This document shows, one piece after another, positions 49,041 to 63,589 of a stretch of DNA of 64,000 nt. The first letter of the stretch is position 1; each line of letters starts with the position of its first letter. The position numbers were made by a program, and so were the translations under genes. The notes under the pieces were generated by a model that did no database searches, was not told the DNA's origin, and was given only the letters and a program-made list of their open reading frames with translations. The stretch is from Mobula hypostoma (lineage: Eukaryota), in assembly GCF_963921235.1 (NCBI RefSeq), contig NC_086108.1, positions 72,542,001 to 72,606,000 on the forward strand. Reading direction: 5' to 3'.

Positions 49041-51389
49041 GTGCTATAGTGGTCTATAATGCTAATTGAATTTTCAGAAAATACTATATTTTCACTTGTA
49101 TAGTAAAGATATCTTGCTGCCAATCTCTCCAGTTGCTTCTCAGCATGGTAGATTTTGAATCATTAACTTAAATTGCCTTGTGTACACCACGAGAGATACC
49201 TGTTAATAGAACTGCTATAGCTATGAAGGATGCAAATACCTCATTGGTGCAACCCTCATTTAGCAGTGAAGTGTGGAATACAATCTCTGGAGAACCAGAC
49301 AGTGAGCAGACAATTTAGAACTCTTATATGAATAGTGGTTGAACCGTGAGTACCTAGAGGCCTCCTGGTACTGTTAACGAGATCATATAAAATTCAAGCC
49401 TCAAGGCATCAGCTTCCAGACACAACACCCGGTTTCTACATTTGATATACCAGTTTAGAATATTCGAGAGTTGTTTCGTTGGTACCACTACAAATCAACC
49501 CAGTGAAACTTGTTTTCAAGTAAAGTCATATACATATTTTAATTATGCACTACATATAATCCTGACCCAATTTAAACAACTTAATCTCCCACCAACTGGG
49601 GCTAATGGATTAATATTGGGAATTCGCTGCAGAGCATGGACAGTGTTTTCACCTTGCATGCAGCTATTCTGATTTATAATCATTTTCCTGGAATGATTGT
49701 AAGCATGACTTCTTTCAGTAGCTGCCTGGGAGTAGGAAGGAGGCATTATCAACATTATACATAAGCCAAACACAATTTAGTAGTATTTCTATTTTCAGAA
49801 ACTATTTTATACTTAATCCTTCTTGTGTATTGTGCTTTTTTTAAATTTTACAGCTGTCATCAATAACACTTCAAAATGTAATCAAAGGCTGACCTTAAAG
49901 GAATGCAAATATATTGCATGTTTTATCTTGATATCATCCAAGATACCTCATAATAATGTAAGGAGAAGGGGCAGCAGAAGGCCAGGAAGTTTACATATTG
50001 ATAAATGAGGCACCTTGTTTACAATGATGTTGTGTACAGTGTTACAGCACCATTGCCTTATGAAGCACTAGGCATCACACTATTTCTGGCACAGTACCAG
50101 CTTACTTTTAGTTCATTGATGTATCTATAAAAGTTGTGCTGTAATAAAGAACATTTACTATAAGAATGATAGAATTGTATGAGCAGGGTGGGGCAGGAAT
50201 GATGAGACACTGAACAAATTAACTACTTCACTTTGAAAACATTAAACTGTATTTTTGGCAGGAGATCAGTTGAGTTCATTCAGGTTAGCAATAGAAACTT
50301 TCCAAGCTGTCTTAAACACTTGCTAAATACAGACACCCTGATGTTTATATTGGCTAGAAATTACATATGATGCTGTTTTGAGACTATGATTCAATCCCAG
50401 ATTACATCCCTGTCATTATTTAAACTGGGTGATTAATACATGTAATTATGAAACTACCAACCTTTCACCGGGAGCTGATGGATGAGCAATATCTTTCACT
50501 GCGTTCCTTTGGCAAAATTGAAGGGTCTAAATTTAGTGGCTGCACTGCTTGCATAATGCTGTTACTGTCCGCAAAATAAACTTTGTGTCTATCCAGATCT
50601 CTTAATCTATGAGATGTACGGAAAACATTACTTTTAATAACTGCACACAGGAAGTTCAAACAATGAATAAAGAGGAAAATTCATGGTGTCCTTCCGCTCA
50701 TATAAAAGATTAAATTAAATGGATTATTGAGGGTCCGTCACACTTCACTCATTTTTTCCTGTCTCCTGGTTTTGCTGAGGTATATTTTACCACTGGTGAC
50801 CTCTTTGCTATTTATATGCACAAGATGAGACGAAGAGGCAGCAGTTTGTTCGGTAGTGGAAATGTCCAGCCAAGCCCAATCCTGTCCTCACTGCTTGGTG
50901 AGACTGGGAGTCGATGCAAAGTTTTTCTGTCGTCCTGTGTCAAAGTACAGAAATCACTTAGCTTTAGAGATGAGTAGTCAAATCTGGACTCTTCGTATGT
51001 TTAATTATTGACCTAACTGGTGTAATTGCTGTTGGGGGACGTAATTGTTAATTTTACTCTACAACTATTTCAGATCTGACCATTGTCTGTCTGCACAAAA
51101 TATGAAGTAGATGGATTAAATAAGAATAAGGTTTCCCCCTTGTCAAGAAGGCGCCCAAGTTCCATCATCTTGGATGATGAATACTACATTTACATGGTTC
51201 AAACAGCCTGTCTCCATGCTTAAATTTCTATGTAATTTTGGAAGACCTGCATAATAGTGTATGTTGCTATTATTAAGAAGTTACAAGTTAGTAAGTCCAC
51301 AGCTGCAAGGGAATTAGTGGCTGCCAACTTTTATATTTATAATGAAGCTCACAACATCGCAGTGGGCCTGTCAAGTCAATGCAGGCTCC

Positions 51390-51640
51390 TAGATCAATGT
51401 CATTCCCGATTTACTTCCTCGTAGCCTGTTAAACACCCTCCACGTTCTCCCAACTGCATTGTAGGTAATTTGCAGTGGACAGTTAACTGACCAACATGTA
51501 CATGTTTGAACTGGGAGAGGGAACTGGATCCACCCAGGGCAATTCCACATGATCACAAGGAAAGTGTGCAGTCTACGCACGGGCAGCACCAGGGATCGGG
51601 ATCAAATCTGAGTTGCTCAAGCCTTGAGGCGCAACATTGC
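51390..51640 (-). mobile_element. Degenerate V-SINE
   Basis: gggagagggaactggatccaccc..gaggcgcaac is the reverse complement of a V-domain and head. Confidence 0.55.
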
Positions 51641-51819
51641 CTGCTGTGCATAGATTATTGTTCATCCCTAATTGCCCTTTCATATACAGTGAAGATTTTC
51701 CTGAAATTAAGTTTGGAACCGAACACCAAGGATTAAAATAATAAAGCTATTCTGCAAAGGTAGAGCAAGAAATACAAAATATCAACAAATTAAGGACATA
51801 AGAAACAATTTGAAAAATG

Positions 51820-52145
51820 TTCACCAGGAATCTCAACAATCCCAGTTTAATTGACTGTCTGTGTCTAGGTACCATATCCAATGTGGACTTTGGTGACCAT
51901 GGTTTTCCATATAGATCTATCCCTCGTTCTTTGGATGGCTTCCATTTCCTCGATGTGTAGCCACCTGGTGGCTACATAAGTCGAGATCTTCCTCTAGGTT
52001 TGCTCCCCTTGATCTTTCCAGACAGTATGAGTTTTTCTAGTTCATCTTTCCGCATGATATGTCCTAGGAATCTGAGTTGTCTTTCTCTTATTGTTGGTAA
52101 GAGTGATCGAACTGCTTGGGCTCTTCTGAGAACTTCTTCATTTGG
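51820..52145 (-). mobile_element. RTE LINE 3' fragment
   Basis: NEEVLRRA..TIRERQLRFLGHIMRKDELEKLILSGKIKGSKPRGR is a typical RTE C-terminal domain. Confidence 0.88.
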
Positions 52146-52789
52146 TGTGTGTGTGTGTGGTCCATGATATTTGACTAGAAGTAAATGAAGACCTAAGAAT
52201 GTGAATTCCTGCATCGCAGACATGATTCCTTACTACTCCAGTGATTGAGGAATGTATGTGGAAGGAGAGAATAAACTAAAATCAGTAAGAGACATGAAAA
52301 TGGTTTAGGAATAGCTGTTGAGAAGGTAAGCATCCTCGACAATGGCTCAGCAGCAGATTGAAGAGAAGGCAATTTTAATGGACTGAAAAAATACTGGCTA
52401 TGAAGTTAAAACTAATGAGAAGCATTTAGATATTTTAACATCATTGTTTCCATTGATGAATAAAGGTCTAAAAGAAGAGTGTAAAGAAGGCAAATAGAAA
52501 AAGAGCGTGATAAGAGGGAATGAGAAGTGATTGCAAGAGAAATCAGACGTCATTTAGGGTGGCAAAAAAAAACTTACAAAATTACATACAAGAAACCTAA
52601 ATGAAACTGTAAAGTATTTTACAACCACATAAATAAAAATAGGAAACATAGAATGAGAATGGGAATAAGAATGGACTGGCTAAAATCATAGATATTAGAA
52701 TGGTAGAAATAAAATAAAGAAATAAAATACAGAAACTTTTCTTTGGAAAAGGAAAGTTTTTTGGAAACTTTTCTTCAGGAAAGCCACTT

Positions 52790-53880
52790 TCCTGAACCAA
52801 TGCAATGTGTCTGGTGAAGGTATTCTCATGGTGCCCATTGGGTAGGGAGCTCCATAACATTTGGAACCAGGAATGATGATGCAGTTTCAAATCAAGATTT
52901 TGTGCTGCCTGGAGGGAGCCTGAAGACGCTACTTCCTTTCTTGGTAGCAGAGGCTGCGGGTTTGGAAGGTGCTGTCAAAGATGCCACATGAATGGCCACG
53001 GTGTATTTTGTGGATGATACACACTGCCGTGATGGTAAAATGGGTGAATGTTTAGGCTGGCAGATGGAACATCTATCCAGTATATCGGATGCTGTCAAAA
53101 TTCTTGCATGTTGTTGGAACCCTCCTGACTTCTGCCTTGAAGACAATGGAAAATTTTTTTTTCAGATGTTAGGAAATGAGTCACATTTGTCAGGATCCAG
53201 TCTTTTGCAGCCAGAGTGTTGAAATAGTGAAACTATTTGTTAGATCTGTTTGTTAATGTTGAATTTCTGGTCATTACTCATCTACAGACTGTTGATGGAA
53301 GACTTGGTAAAGTTATCGAAAGTCAAGGGCAGGTGATTCTCTTGTCAGAGATGGTCATTGTCTTTCACGTCTCTAATGTCAATGGAATGTTTCACTGATC
53401 ACCCCATACCCGGGCCTTGCTGCATGTAGTCATGGGCTGCTTCATTTATTGACAAGTTGTCGGTGGAATTGAATATTTTGCCATCATTAGCAAACATCTT
53501 TGATGAGATAGATGGTGCTGCTGAGCCCAGAGCACTGCTCTGAGGAAGTTATATGGTGATGTATAACACTGGGATGATTGACCTCTTATAACCACAGCCA
53601 TTTCACTTTGTGCGAGGTATGATTCCATCCATGGAGTATTCCCTTTGCCTTGATTCTGGCAAGTACTGCCTTGATGTAACTTACAACTCGCCTCTATAAT
53701 TCAGCTCTTTGGTCCACATTTAGACTAGGTTATGATTAGATGTAGAACTCAGTAGTTCTGGTTGAACAAATTCAAACTGAACATCAGTAAACAGGCTACT
53801 GGTAGACACAGTTCACAGCATTGTTATTGACAGCTTCCTGTCGTTGATGATTATCAATAGACAAATTGGGCAGAAATTAA
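52790..53880 (-). mobile_element. Old CR1/L2-group LINE remnant
   Basis: Decayed WMESYLAQSEMAVVIRGQSS and QGSVLG-like RT motifs on the minus strand. Confidence 0.6.
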
Positions 53881-56800
53881 ATTATATTTGTCCTGCATTG
53901 GTGTTGTGTGAACAGGGTATAATTTCATCTAAATAAAAGAGAAGAAATATGAAGTTAGGAAATTTGTTTATTAATGTTACATGTACAGTATAAAATACTG
54001 TAAAATTCTAAGGTACAGTGTAAAATTTGTCATCTATACCATTCTCACAGGTTAATTCACTGCAACGGAGCATTAAGGTAGTTAAGTAATAAGGGCTGAA
54101 ACAATAACAGAGTGCAGACTAAAGTGTTACATGGTAATGTTACATGGGGAGTAATTCCTCAAAGAATATAGAACTTTGACTCAAGATTAATAATAACCAC
54201 ACATTCAGAAAAAAATCTAGAGAAGGATGTTATGTTTATAGGAAAGGTAAAGAAAGTATGGTATCAGAAATGTAAGTTGAAAGGGCGAGCTGAATACATA
54301 TTTGGGAGAGAAAGGAATGGAAGTTAATGCTGATGAAAGTAAATGAGGAAGAATGGGAGAGTCGTGACTGGTATAAGCACTGTCAGCGACTGGTTGAATG
54401 CTCTGAAATATATTCTTTGTAATTCTACATAATATTATGCTGTTGTGCTGTGCCATACTGTCCCATAAGGACTCCATCGTGTTTCAGTTGAGTGGCTTAA
54501 AACATTGGGTTGATTAATAATCTTAAATGAAGATTTATAAAGAAAGTCTGTGAAATCTACAACCAAACTATGAAGCAATTTAACAAGCAAATTGACACAA
54601 TGGGAGTGTTAGATTGGCATAAGAATGACTGTTCAGGCAATTTATATTCCCTAGGGCTACACAGTCTAGGTATTCCATACAGTCTCTGGCACTTTAACAA
54701 AATGCACACATCTACAGTAGATATTACAACTGATAATTGGATCCACAGTAGAGAAGTGAATGCAACAACTTGGTAATGGAGAAACAAAAAAAACTGTGGT
54801 GTTCAGGTGCATGTATTACTCAAGGTTAGATAATAGTAACCGGCTTTCTATGAACAGTGAGCAAACTAGGTCCTTGGATGTAATCCCAGGTATATCGTAA
54901 AATAAACTGCATGCTATTTATGGGGAAATACCACAGAAAGAAACAAATTAAATAACATTGAAACAGAATGGAATTTGGGCGGAGGCAAGTAGAATGAAGC
55001 AATAATTTGTTCTCTTATTGTGATGCTGTTCCAAGAATGAAATGCATTATGTTAAGGCATAATAGGTCCCTTACATCTATTCCATTACCAGCTGAAAGGA
55101 AAATAATCCTGCAGGAGCACCAGGGAACAGAAGAAAGCACTCAGTCTTGAAAATGAATAGGAAGAGAAGAAATGGGTCAAGAGATCACTTCTGAATGGGG
55201 CTGTGGATAAGGTTTTGATGGATGTGTGAGACAAGATCATTAAAAGGCACCATCCACCCACATTTTCTTTGTCATATTCATTTGAAATGATTACTCATTC
55301 ATTATCTTTAATATTCCCAGCAATTGTTTGGAAAGAGATAAACAAAAGGATAATTAAGATAATGCTAGTTCTTCAAAAATGAATGCCTTTCGCACTAATA
55401 CATTTGCTTTTTTTGAATAAAAATCCTCGAAAATTGCATTACATGACATCACATTTATCTAGATTTTGTATTATCACTAAGATTTAAATTGTGATTGCAC
55501 TTCCATCAAACAATATTTGCACAGTTTCTGAGCTTCACAAAAGGGCCAAAGCTTTACTTTGATGTGTGTTGTGTTGTCTAAACATTTTACCAGCATTTTT
55601 TGTATATTGGCATTCAGTGGAGTACTGATGGATAGATATATATATATAATCTATAATGACAAATTTTTGCAGATTCTTTTAAGACAATACAACAATTATC
55701 AGTGGCCACATAAATCAACCCAATTTAAGCATATTAGTGAACTCAATAGTTTGAGAAACAAGAATTGAGAAACAGTGGAGGGATTGTATTTTCATGTCTG
55801 CTTGTGCCTGACCATAGGCATATAACTGATTATATTTAATGGTGCAATAAATAGAGCCATTAAGGGGCACAAATGGGCTTTGCAACTAAGGAGGTATCAG
55901 GTCAGAACCAAAAGATGAACAGTAATTAATCACAGTATTTTGTTGAAGAATAATAAGTTATCCTTTGGATTTGTATTGAAATCCACTATAAACTTGTTTA
56001 TTTAAGACCAAGTTGTCAGGGATACCATAAAAATAAAAGACAATAAAAATCAAAAATCCAGACAATAGGATAAACTTACAGTGCAATACAAGAGATTATT
56101 AGCACAGTAGATAGAGGTTCAATGTGCCCCAGTATTTTCTCAGATGATTCTGTGTTCAATTGATATTACTATTGAGTTCAATCAAGTTAGGGGATACACC
56201 ACTAGTGTTATAGAACAGTTGATGTAGAGAGCAGCAGTTAAAAATTGAGTTGATGCTAGCAAGGTTATAACAGTGTTATTTCACAATAAGTGCTTAATTA
56301 TTTTAAAATAATTAGCTGGATGGATACAGAACTTTCTCCCTGAGGGTATCATTCCAGAGAGCCTGGTTGCTAATAGAATATTGGCCAGATCTTGCTAGAT
56401 ACTTAAAGTCAGGTTGATGACATCACCAATATTAATCCACAAATTGACCAGCAATGTAGGTTGTAAACTGAATAGGCATGATTTGCAAATCATCCTGAAT
56501 TAACTCCCTTTTCTTCATGCAAAGAACATCACACCTTGAACAGCCTCGGTTTAAAAAAAACGCTATAATTGTTTACCAAACTCACAAAGCAAAGGTAAGC
56601 TTGGAATATGATTTTAAGTAGCTTTTTAACAATGTAATAATTGTTAATTCAATACCATTCTTTTAGAAAGGGAATAATTTACTTGTTAATCTGATTCCTG
56701 CCAGGAGTAAATCTTCTGTTTTACCTTTTTTATCTCTCTCACTTTGTCTTTAAGGCACCCATCAGTCATCCCTCTATTTATACCTCATTCCTTGCATGAA

Positions 56801-57459
56801 ATTGATCAAGGAGAAACTCTTAAAATTCCACCATTCATTGCATTCTCAGATATTTTGTTCCTCTTATGATTCAGCAAGTTACCATTCAAATTCTAGGGTG
56901 CATAAAGAAATCCACTTAGCACCACAGCGTACATGTTGCCACAAGTAGGAGCAGGAGGTGGCCAAGTTGCCCTTAAGGCCTACAACACTATTCAATCTTA
57001 TCATGACTGATCTCTGCTAGGCTTTGCTGCTCTTCTGTGTTGGTTCACAATAACCGTTCATTCTTCAAGAAGTCCAGATGTTTCTGCTAATGTGCCCTAC
57101 ACAACCAGTATCTGACCAGTTATTCCTAATGATGAAGCCTAGAATTTGAAGTTGCAGTAATGGAAAACCTGCCGATACTCCGTCATTCTCTGTAAAATTA
57201 GCTACAACATTTGAGATTGTTAAATTATTAACAGTATTCCAACAGCAACAATTGAGTTTTTAATGATGCATTAAATTGAACAACTTCTCTAATTCAGAAG
57301 AACAATTACTACGTTAGTGAAAAATCATTCTCTCAAAACATGAATGCAAGCAAAAATAAAAACAATACTTTTTTAAGATAAGTTAAATTGTACCCTCCAA
57401 AGTTTGTTTCAACCTGACATTGATACTCTCATTTTTACTTTGCTTTGTGATAATAGGCC

Positions 57460-59325
57460 ATAGGAGCATAAGATACAGGAGCAGAATTAGGAACAGAATG
57501 TTTGCTTTGTTGGTCTCTCTTCTTGCTGTGAAAGGGTGACATTTCTCTGTCCTTTTATTAGGGGGAGAGAGAGCCTGTGGTGTGCTGAATTGTCAGGTGA
57601 ACGATTAGTTTTTGTTGTACTGCAGATCATGGTCTTTATTAGGGGAGCCTTGCTATTGCTTGCTGGGGGGGGGTGGAGGGGGCTGATGCTTTTTTTGCTG
57701 AAATAAGTTGGGGAGGGGTGGTTGTTGTTTTGCTGTTTGTACGTGGAAGGGGGAGTGGGGGTGGTGCTTTTGGGTTTTAATGTTTTTATTGTCACTCATT
57801 CCTTGGGGCACTCTTTTGTTTTCATGGATGTCTAAGAAGAACAAGAATCTCAGGATGTATATTGTATACATCCTCTGAGAGTAAATGGAACGATTGAACT
57901 ATTGAATTGAGCCGTTTTGCCCTTCAAGTCTGCTCTGCTGTTCTAGCATAGTTCCATCTATTATCTGTCACAAACCCATTCTCCTGCATTCTCCCTACAG
58001 TCCTTGACATCCTGACTAATATAGAACATATCAACCTCTGCTTTCTATGTACTTTATGACTTGGCAATAAATTCCACAGATTCACCACACACTGGCTAAA
58101 GAAATTCTTCCTCAAAGCTATTCAAAGTGGACATTCTTTATTCTGCGGCTGTGCCCTCTGGTCCTAGAAGACTCCACTATGGGAAACATCCTGTCTACAT
58201 CCACTCTCTCTAGGCCTTTCGATATTTGATAAGTTTCACCTAATTCTTCTAAACTCCGGTGAGTACAGGCTCAGAGCCATAAAAAGCTCCTCATATATTA
58301 ACCCTTTCATTCCTGGAATCATTCTCACGACCTCCTCTGCACTCTTCCCAATGCCAGCGCATCTTTTCTTTGGAGATGTGATTGTGAGCAGTTTTGGGCA
58401 TCTTTGGGGCTCAAAACTGCTCGCAATACTCCCTGTGGTCTGACCAATGCTTTATAAGGCCTCAGCATTACATCTTTGCTCTTATATTCTAATTTTCCCA
58501 AAAATGAATGCTAACATTGCATTTACCTTCCTTACCACCAACTCAGCCTGAAAGGTGACCTTTAGGAAATTCTGCACAAGGACTCCTAAGAGCTTTTGCA
58601 CTTTTGACTGTTGAACTTTCTCCCCATTTTAAAAAAAGTGGACTTTGCCTTTATTCCTTCTATCAAAGAGCCTGACCCTACGCTACATTTCATCTGGCAT
58701 TTATTTGCTCATTCTTCTATTCTGAGTCCTTTCACAGACTCAACGCTACCTGTTCCTCCACCTTTTTTTGTATCATCCGCAAACCACCACAAAGCCATCA
58801 ATTCTGCCATCCATATCATTGGCATATAATGTGAAAAGAAGCGGTCCTAATACCTACTCCTGTGGAACACTACTAGCCACCAGCAGCCAATCAGAAAAGG
58901 ACCTCTCTTTGCCTCCTGCCAGCCAGCCAATCTTCTGTCCATGTTAGTATCTTCCCTGCAATTCCATGAGATCATATCTTGTTAAACAGCATCATGTGCA
59001 GCACCTTGTCAAAGGCCTTCTGAAAATCCAAATAAATAACATTCACTGACTCTCCTTTGTCTATCCTACTTGTTAATTCCTCAAAGAATTCCATCAGATT
59101 TTGCAGGCTAAATCAGCCCTTAAGGAAACCATGCTGACTTTGGCCTACTTCATCATGTGTGTTGAAGTACACCAAAACCTTGTCCTTAATAATGGACTCC
59201 AACATCTTCCCAATAACTGAAGTAAAACTAACTGGCCTATAATTTCCTTTCTTCTGCATCCCTCTTTTCTAAAAGGGTGGAGTGACATTTGCAATTTTCC
59301 ATTCCAACAGAACCATTGTAAGAAT
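57460..59325 (-). mobile_element. CR1 LINE 3' portion with an insertion at 57491-57909
   Basis: Tail cataagatacaggagcagaattag, RKNFFSQCVVNLWNLLP, and QHGFLKG and DFQKAFDKV motifs. Confidence 0.87.
57491..57909 (+). mobile_element. Non-autonomous element with a Rex-type tail, inserted in the CR1 3' UTR
   Basis: G/T-rich body ending gaatctcaggatgtatattgtatacat..attgaactattgaa. Splits the host gaattag|gcc motif. Confidence 0.55.
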
Positions 59326-59349
59326 TACTTTCAAGAATTACTAGATTCT

Positions 59350-60282
59350 GAGTGCAGCATTGTGTTCTCAGTCCATGTCTACTCATGCTGCTAACTCACG
59401 ACTGCATTGCCAGATTCAGCTCAAACCGCACCATCAGGTTCTCCGATGATACTACAGTAATTGGCCTCATCAGCAACAATGGTGAGTCAGCATACGGAAA
59501 AGAGGTAGGGAGGCTTGTGAAATGGTGCGAGAACAACCTGAGTCTCAACGTGGACAAGACAAAAGAGATGATTGTGGACTTCAGGAAGACACAGGTCGAC
59601 CACTTTCCATTGCACATCAAAGGGTCTGCCATGGAGATAGGGAAGAGCATACAGTTCTTTGATGTGCACATAATGGGCAATCTAACATGGACAAACAACA
59701 CCACCTCACTTGTCTAGAAGGCACAGCTGAGGAGATTGAGGCATGCAAGTCTCCCTACCCCCCCCCCACTCTAACAACTTTCTACAGGAGTGCCATGAAG
59801 AGTGTCCTGTCATACCATCATTGTGTGGTATGGAAGACGCAAGGCATCAGACCACATGACCTATAGAGGACAGTAAAAACCACTGAGAGGATTATCAGGC
59901 TCTCCCTCCGCCCATATTTGTGATATTTACCAGGAGCCTACCAGTCTTCTCACGATCTCCTTGACCCAGTACCGTCAGGAAGCATCAGGACTAGGGGCTG
60001 CCAGACTGGGTAACAGCTTCTTCACTCAGGCTGTCAGACTAATGAATACCCTGCCACCACTGAGATCTCAACACTAGGTCAGTGAGCTGCTTACTGTACT
60101 GTTTACTGTTGCACTTTCCAAAATGCATTTGAATTAGATTTTATTAACTTATTTATGGTACAATATTTTGAGTTTTGTGCTATGTGTGCTGTATGTTGTG
60201 TGGGTGCGCGGTGGTCCGGAGGAACATTGTTTCATTTAGTTGTATATATGTACAGTCAAATGACAATGAACTTGATCTTGAT
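59350..60282 (+). mobile_element. Rex1/Babar LINE RT and 3' end
   Basis: CVLSP..LLTHDC..RFSDDTTVIGLISNN.ESAY..NLSLNVDKTKEMIVDFRK. Confidence 0.92.
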
Positions 60283-61335
60283 CATCACTAAAGCCATCAC
60301 AATCTCTTCAGCTGTCCTTTTCAGAACCCTGCTGTCACGTCCATCTGGTCCAGGTGACTTATCAAAAACGTTCAGTCGTTCGGCATTCAGGATGAGGTAG
60401 TGAACTGAATTCACCATTGACTGTACGGGAAAAGCCAGAGAGTGCCTGGTAGATGGTTTCTTCTCAGACTGGAGGCTGTGATAAGTCCTGTGCCACAGGG
60501 ACTGGTGCTGGGTCTGTTGTTGTTTGTCATAGATATTAATGAAAGAGTGGTAAAATGGATCAGCAAAATTACAGACGACTCCAAGACTGGGAACAGAGTG
60601 GACAGTGAGGGAAGCTTGCAGCGGTACCTGGACCAGCTGGAACAATGGGCAGAAAATGGCATATGGAATTTAATGCAGACAAGTGTGAGGTGTTGCATTT
60701 TAGTCAAATTGTAAGCAGTAGGGCACTAGAAGTGCAGTGGAATGAAGGGATATGAGAATACAGATCTATAATTCCTTGAAAGTGGAGTCACAGGTAGATA
60801 GGACTGTAAAGAGAGCTCTTGACACATTGAACTTCATAAATCAAAGCTTTGAGTATCTGAATTGGCATGTTTAAGTCATAGAATATGTCAGTGAGGCCTA
60901 ATTTGGAGTATTGTGTGCCGTCTTGGTCACCTACAGGAAAGATATCAATAAGATTGAAGGAGTACAGAGAATATTTGCAAGCATGTTTCTGCGACTTGAG
61001 GATCTGAATTACCAGGATAAGTTAAATAGGTTAGGTCTTTATTCCCTAAAATAGTGGTATACAAAATTATAAAATTATACAAAATAGAATAAGTGCAAGT
61101 GGGCTTTTTCCATTGATGTTGGGCAAGACTAGAACTGGAGGTCATAGATTAAGGGTGAAAAATGAAATATTTAAGAAAAATCTGAGGGGAACTTCTTCAG
61201 GTGAGGAGCAAACTGCCAGCAAAAGAGGTGGATGCAGGTGTGGAAGGCTATGGTCCAGGTGTGGGGAAATGGAGCTAGGCAGAATAAGCTTGGTATGGAC
61301 TAGATGTGCTGAAGGGATTGTTTTGTGCTGCAGTG
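60283..61335 (+). mobile_element. Degenerate CR1 RT and 3' end
   Basis: VPQGLVLGLLLFVIDIN..ISKITDDSK and KTRTGGHRLRVK motifs. Confidence 0.82.
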
Positions 61336-61354
61336 CTTTGACTCTAAATGCTAA

Positions 61355-62088
61355 GTGAATTCAGAAATTGGAAGTGCAAATGGACTTGAGAGTTCTGGTG
61401 CAGGAGTACCTGAAGGTTAACTTGCAGGTCGAGTTGAGTTAAGGATAGCAAATGCAATATTAACATGCATTTTGATAGAACGAGAATATAAAAGCAAGGA
61501 TGTAATGCTGAAACTTGATAAGGCATTGGTCATAATATATTTGCAGTTTTGTGGGCAGTTTTGCACCCCATGTCTAAGAAATGATGTGCTGGCATTGGAG
61601 AGGGTCCAGAGGATTTTACGAGAATGATCTTGGGAATGAAAAGGATAATGTATGAGGAACATTTGGCTCTGGACCTGCACTCTCTCGTTTTTAGTAGAAT
61701 GGCGGGGGAAAATCTCATCAAAAATGACAATTATGAAAAACCCTGGTAGAGTGGACGTGGAGAGGATGTTTCCAATAGTAGGAGAATCTAAGACCAGAGG
61801 TCGCTGATTCAAAATAGAAGGCTATCCCTTTACATGAGGGATGAATAAGATTTTTTTTTTAACCAGAGAGTGCTGAATCTATGGAATTCATTGCCTCAGA
61901 GGACTGTGGAGCCCAAGTCATTATGTATGTTTAAAGCAGAGGTCGATAGGTTCTTGGTAAGTAAGGGCGTCAAAGTTTATGGGGACAAGACAGAAGAATA
62001 TGGTTGAGAAGGAAAATAAATCAGTCATGACTGGTTGAGGGGAAGTAAATCAGCCTTGATTGAATGGCTCTCAAACGGTCTTATGGAA
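61355..62088 (+). mobile_element. CR1 3' fragment
   Basis: EYKSKDVMLKL..RVDVERMFPIVGESKTRG..LWNSLP. Confidence 0.85.
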
Positions 62089-63589
62089 CTACTCTGAGCA
62101 CAAGTTTCAATGCATTTGCATCAAACTCCCGTGCACTACTTTAACTACATCATTATCTTGCAGAATTCAAATGAATGGATTTGCTAAAGCGATGCATTTG
62201 GAATATCAGCTGTGTGCTTTGCTCAAGGAAAAAGGAAGTTATTTCATTGAGTAACAAAGTAATTCAGAGAAAGACCTGGTATGAAAAAACGGAATTTTGT
62301 TCTGAAAAGGAGAAGATTGTTTCAGAAATATAACTGGGCAAGAACATGTCATTTGAGGTCTGAAGCAGGTATCATGCAGCAGCTGAATATCTTTGTTTTT
62401 ACAGGGGTGAACGGGGTTTCTGCTTGAAATGGAGATTTCCTTCAGATGCTCTCATCTCCCTCAACTGCGTCAAATATTAATTGGTTTCTTGTAAATATTT
62501 GCAAAATACGCCATTACTACTCCAGGCGTATTGCATCATAATGATAAACAATGATTAATTTCTTCTGGAGTTGAGAGTGATTGTAGATGTGTGTTCCATT
62601 AAGCCAGATGGTATTCAGCGTCACTATTTCAACTGTTTATGTAGCAAAACTGATTGTGAAATGTTGGAAAAGCAATTGGCAGTAACGAATACTGATTTAA
62701 ATTTTGTTGATTCTTATAGGTTTAGAGACTAAAATAGCCTATCATTATGCTTTGTGGTAAAGTGATTTTGCCACAGTATATTTTTTTTACATCTAGTATA
62801 AGAGGAGATTAATAGTATGGTTTATAGATAAACACGCGGAAATTCCAAAATTCATGTGGTCTTGATCTTGCTCATTAAAGTATTGTATCACAGTTTAAAT
62901 AAATGTACTTCATTGAATTTTAAATTTTGTCACTGCTCACCTGAATGTGTCACATGGACAGCATGGTCACCTACTGCCCTATGTGAAGTGTTAATGCTTA
63001 TTATTCCTCCATAAACACACTTAGATTGTGACGCTGACTGCTGTATCCTAAAATTAATCAAACTGAGGTCATATATTGAATACCATAATCATGTAAGTCA
63101 GTATTGTATTTAAATTTAAGATCAGGTGGCAATGTGAACTTGAGACACAGTCTGCACCTTGTGGAACAGCTTGAAGGGCTTTCACGCCCAATGTTGGTTT
63201 CTTCGTTTTATGTTTTTGTTGAAGTGCCAAAAATCATCGGAGTAATTTGGTAACAACTTTGCAGTGATACTGCTTGCAGCTTCAGAAGCTAAAGTACACC
63301 ACAGACAGTGTGCTCCCATCCCGTCTTGTATTTGTACACCAAGCCTAATGGAGGTGGATTGAGAGGTGGATTTTCCATGATCTCTTGAGTAGAACTGAGC
63401 CCTGAATAGCCCATCTGGAAATGGAGTCTTGCCTTCATGCTAAGGCTCTTATCCATTGTTTTGTGGTGCATAAATATCATGTCAAATTGAATAGCTTCAG
63501 AACATATCTAACAATGCAAATTTGGGCACCCTTGAAGTGTTATAGAACAAGAATGTTTAATAGCACCTTCTCTTCTGCAAACTCATGGT

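Noticed and set aside
56720..56950. Strong polypyrimidine acceptor at 56754 with an open phase-1 frame
   Set aside because: The translation (THQSSLYLYLIPCMKL..) does not resemble the next expected BH exon and there is no good donor.
59352..59717. 121-aa ORF with RT motifs as a possible functional gene
   Set aside because: It is a fragment of a 5'-truncated Rex1/Babar LINE with downstream stops and deletions.
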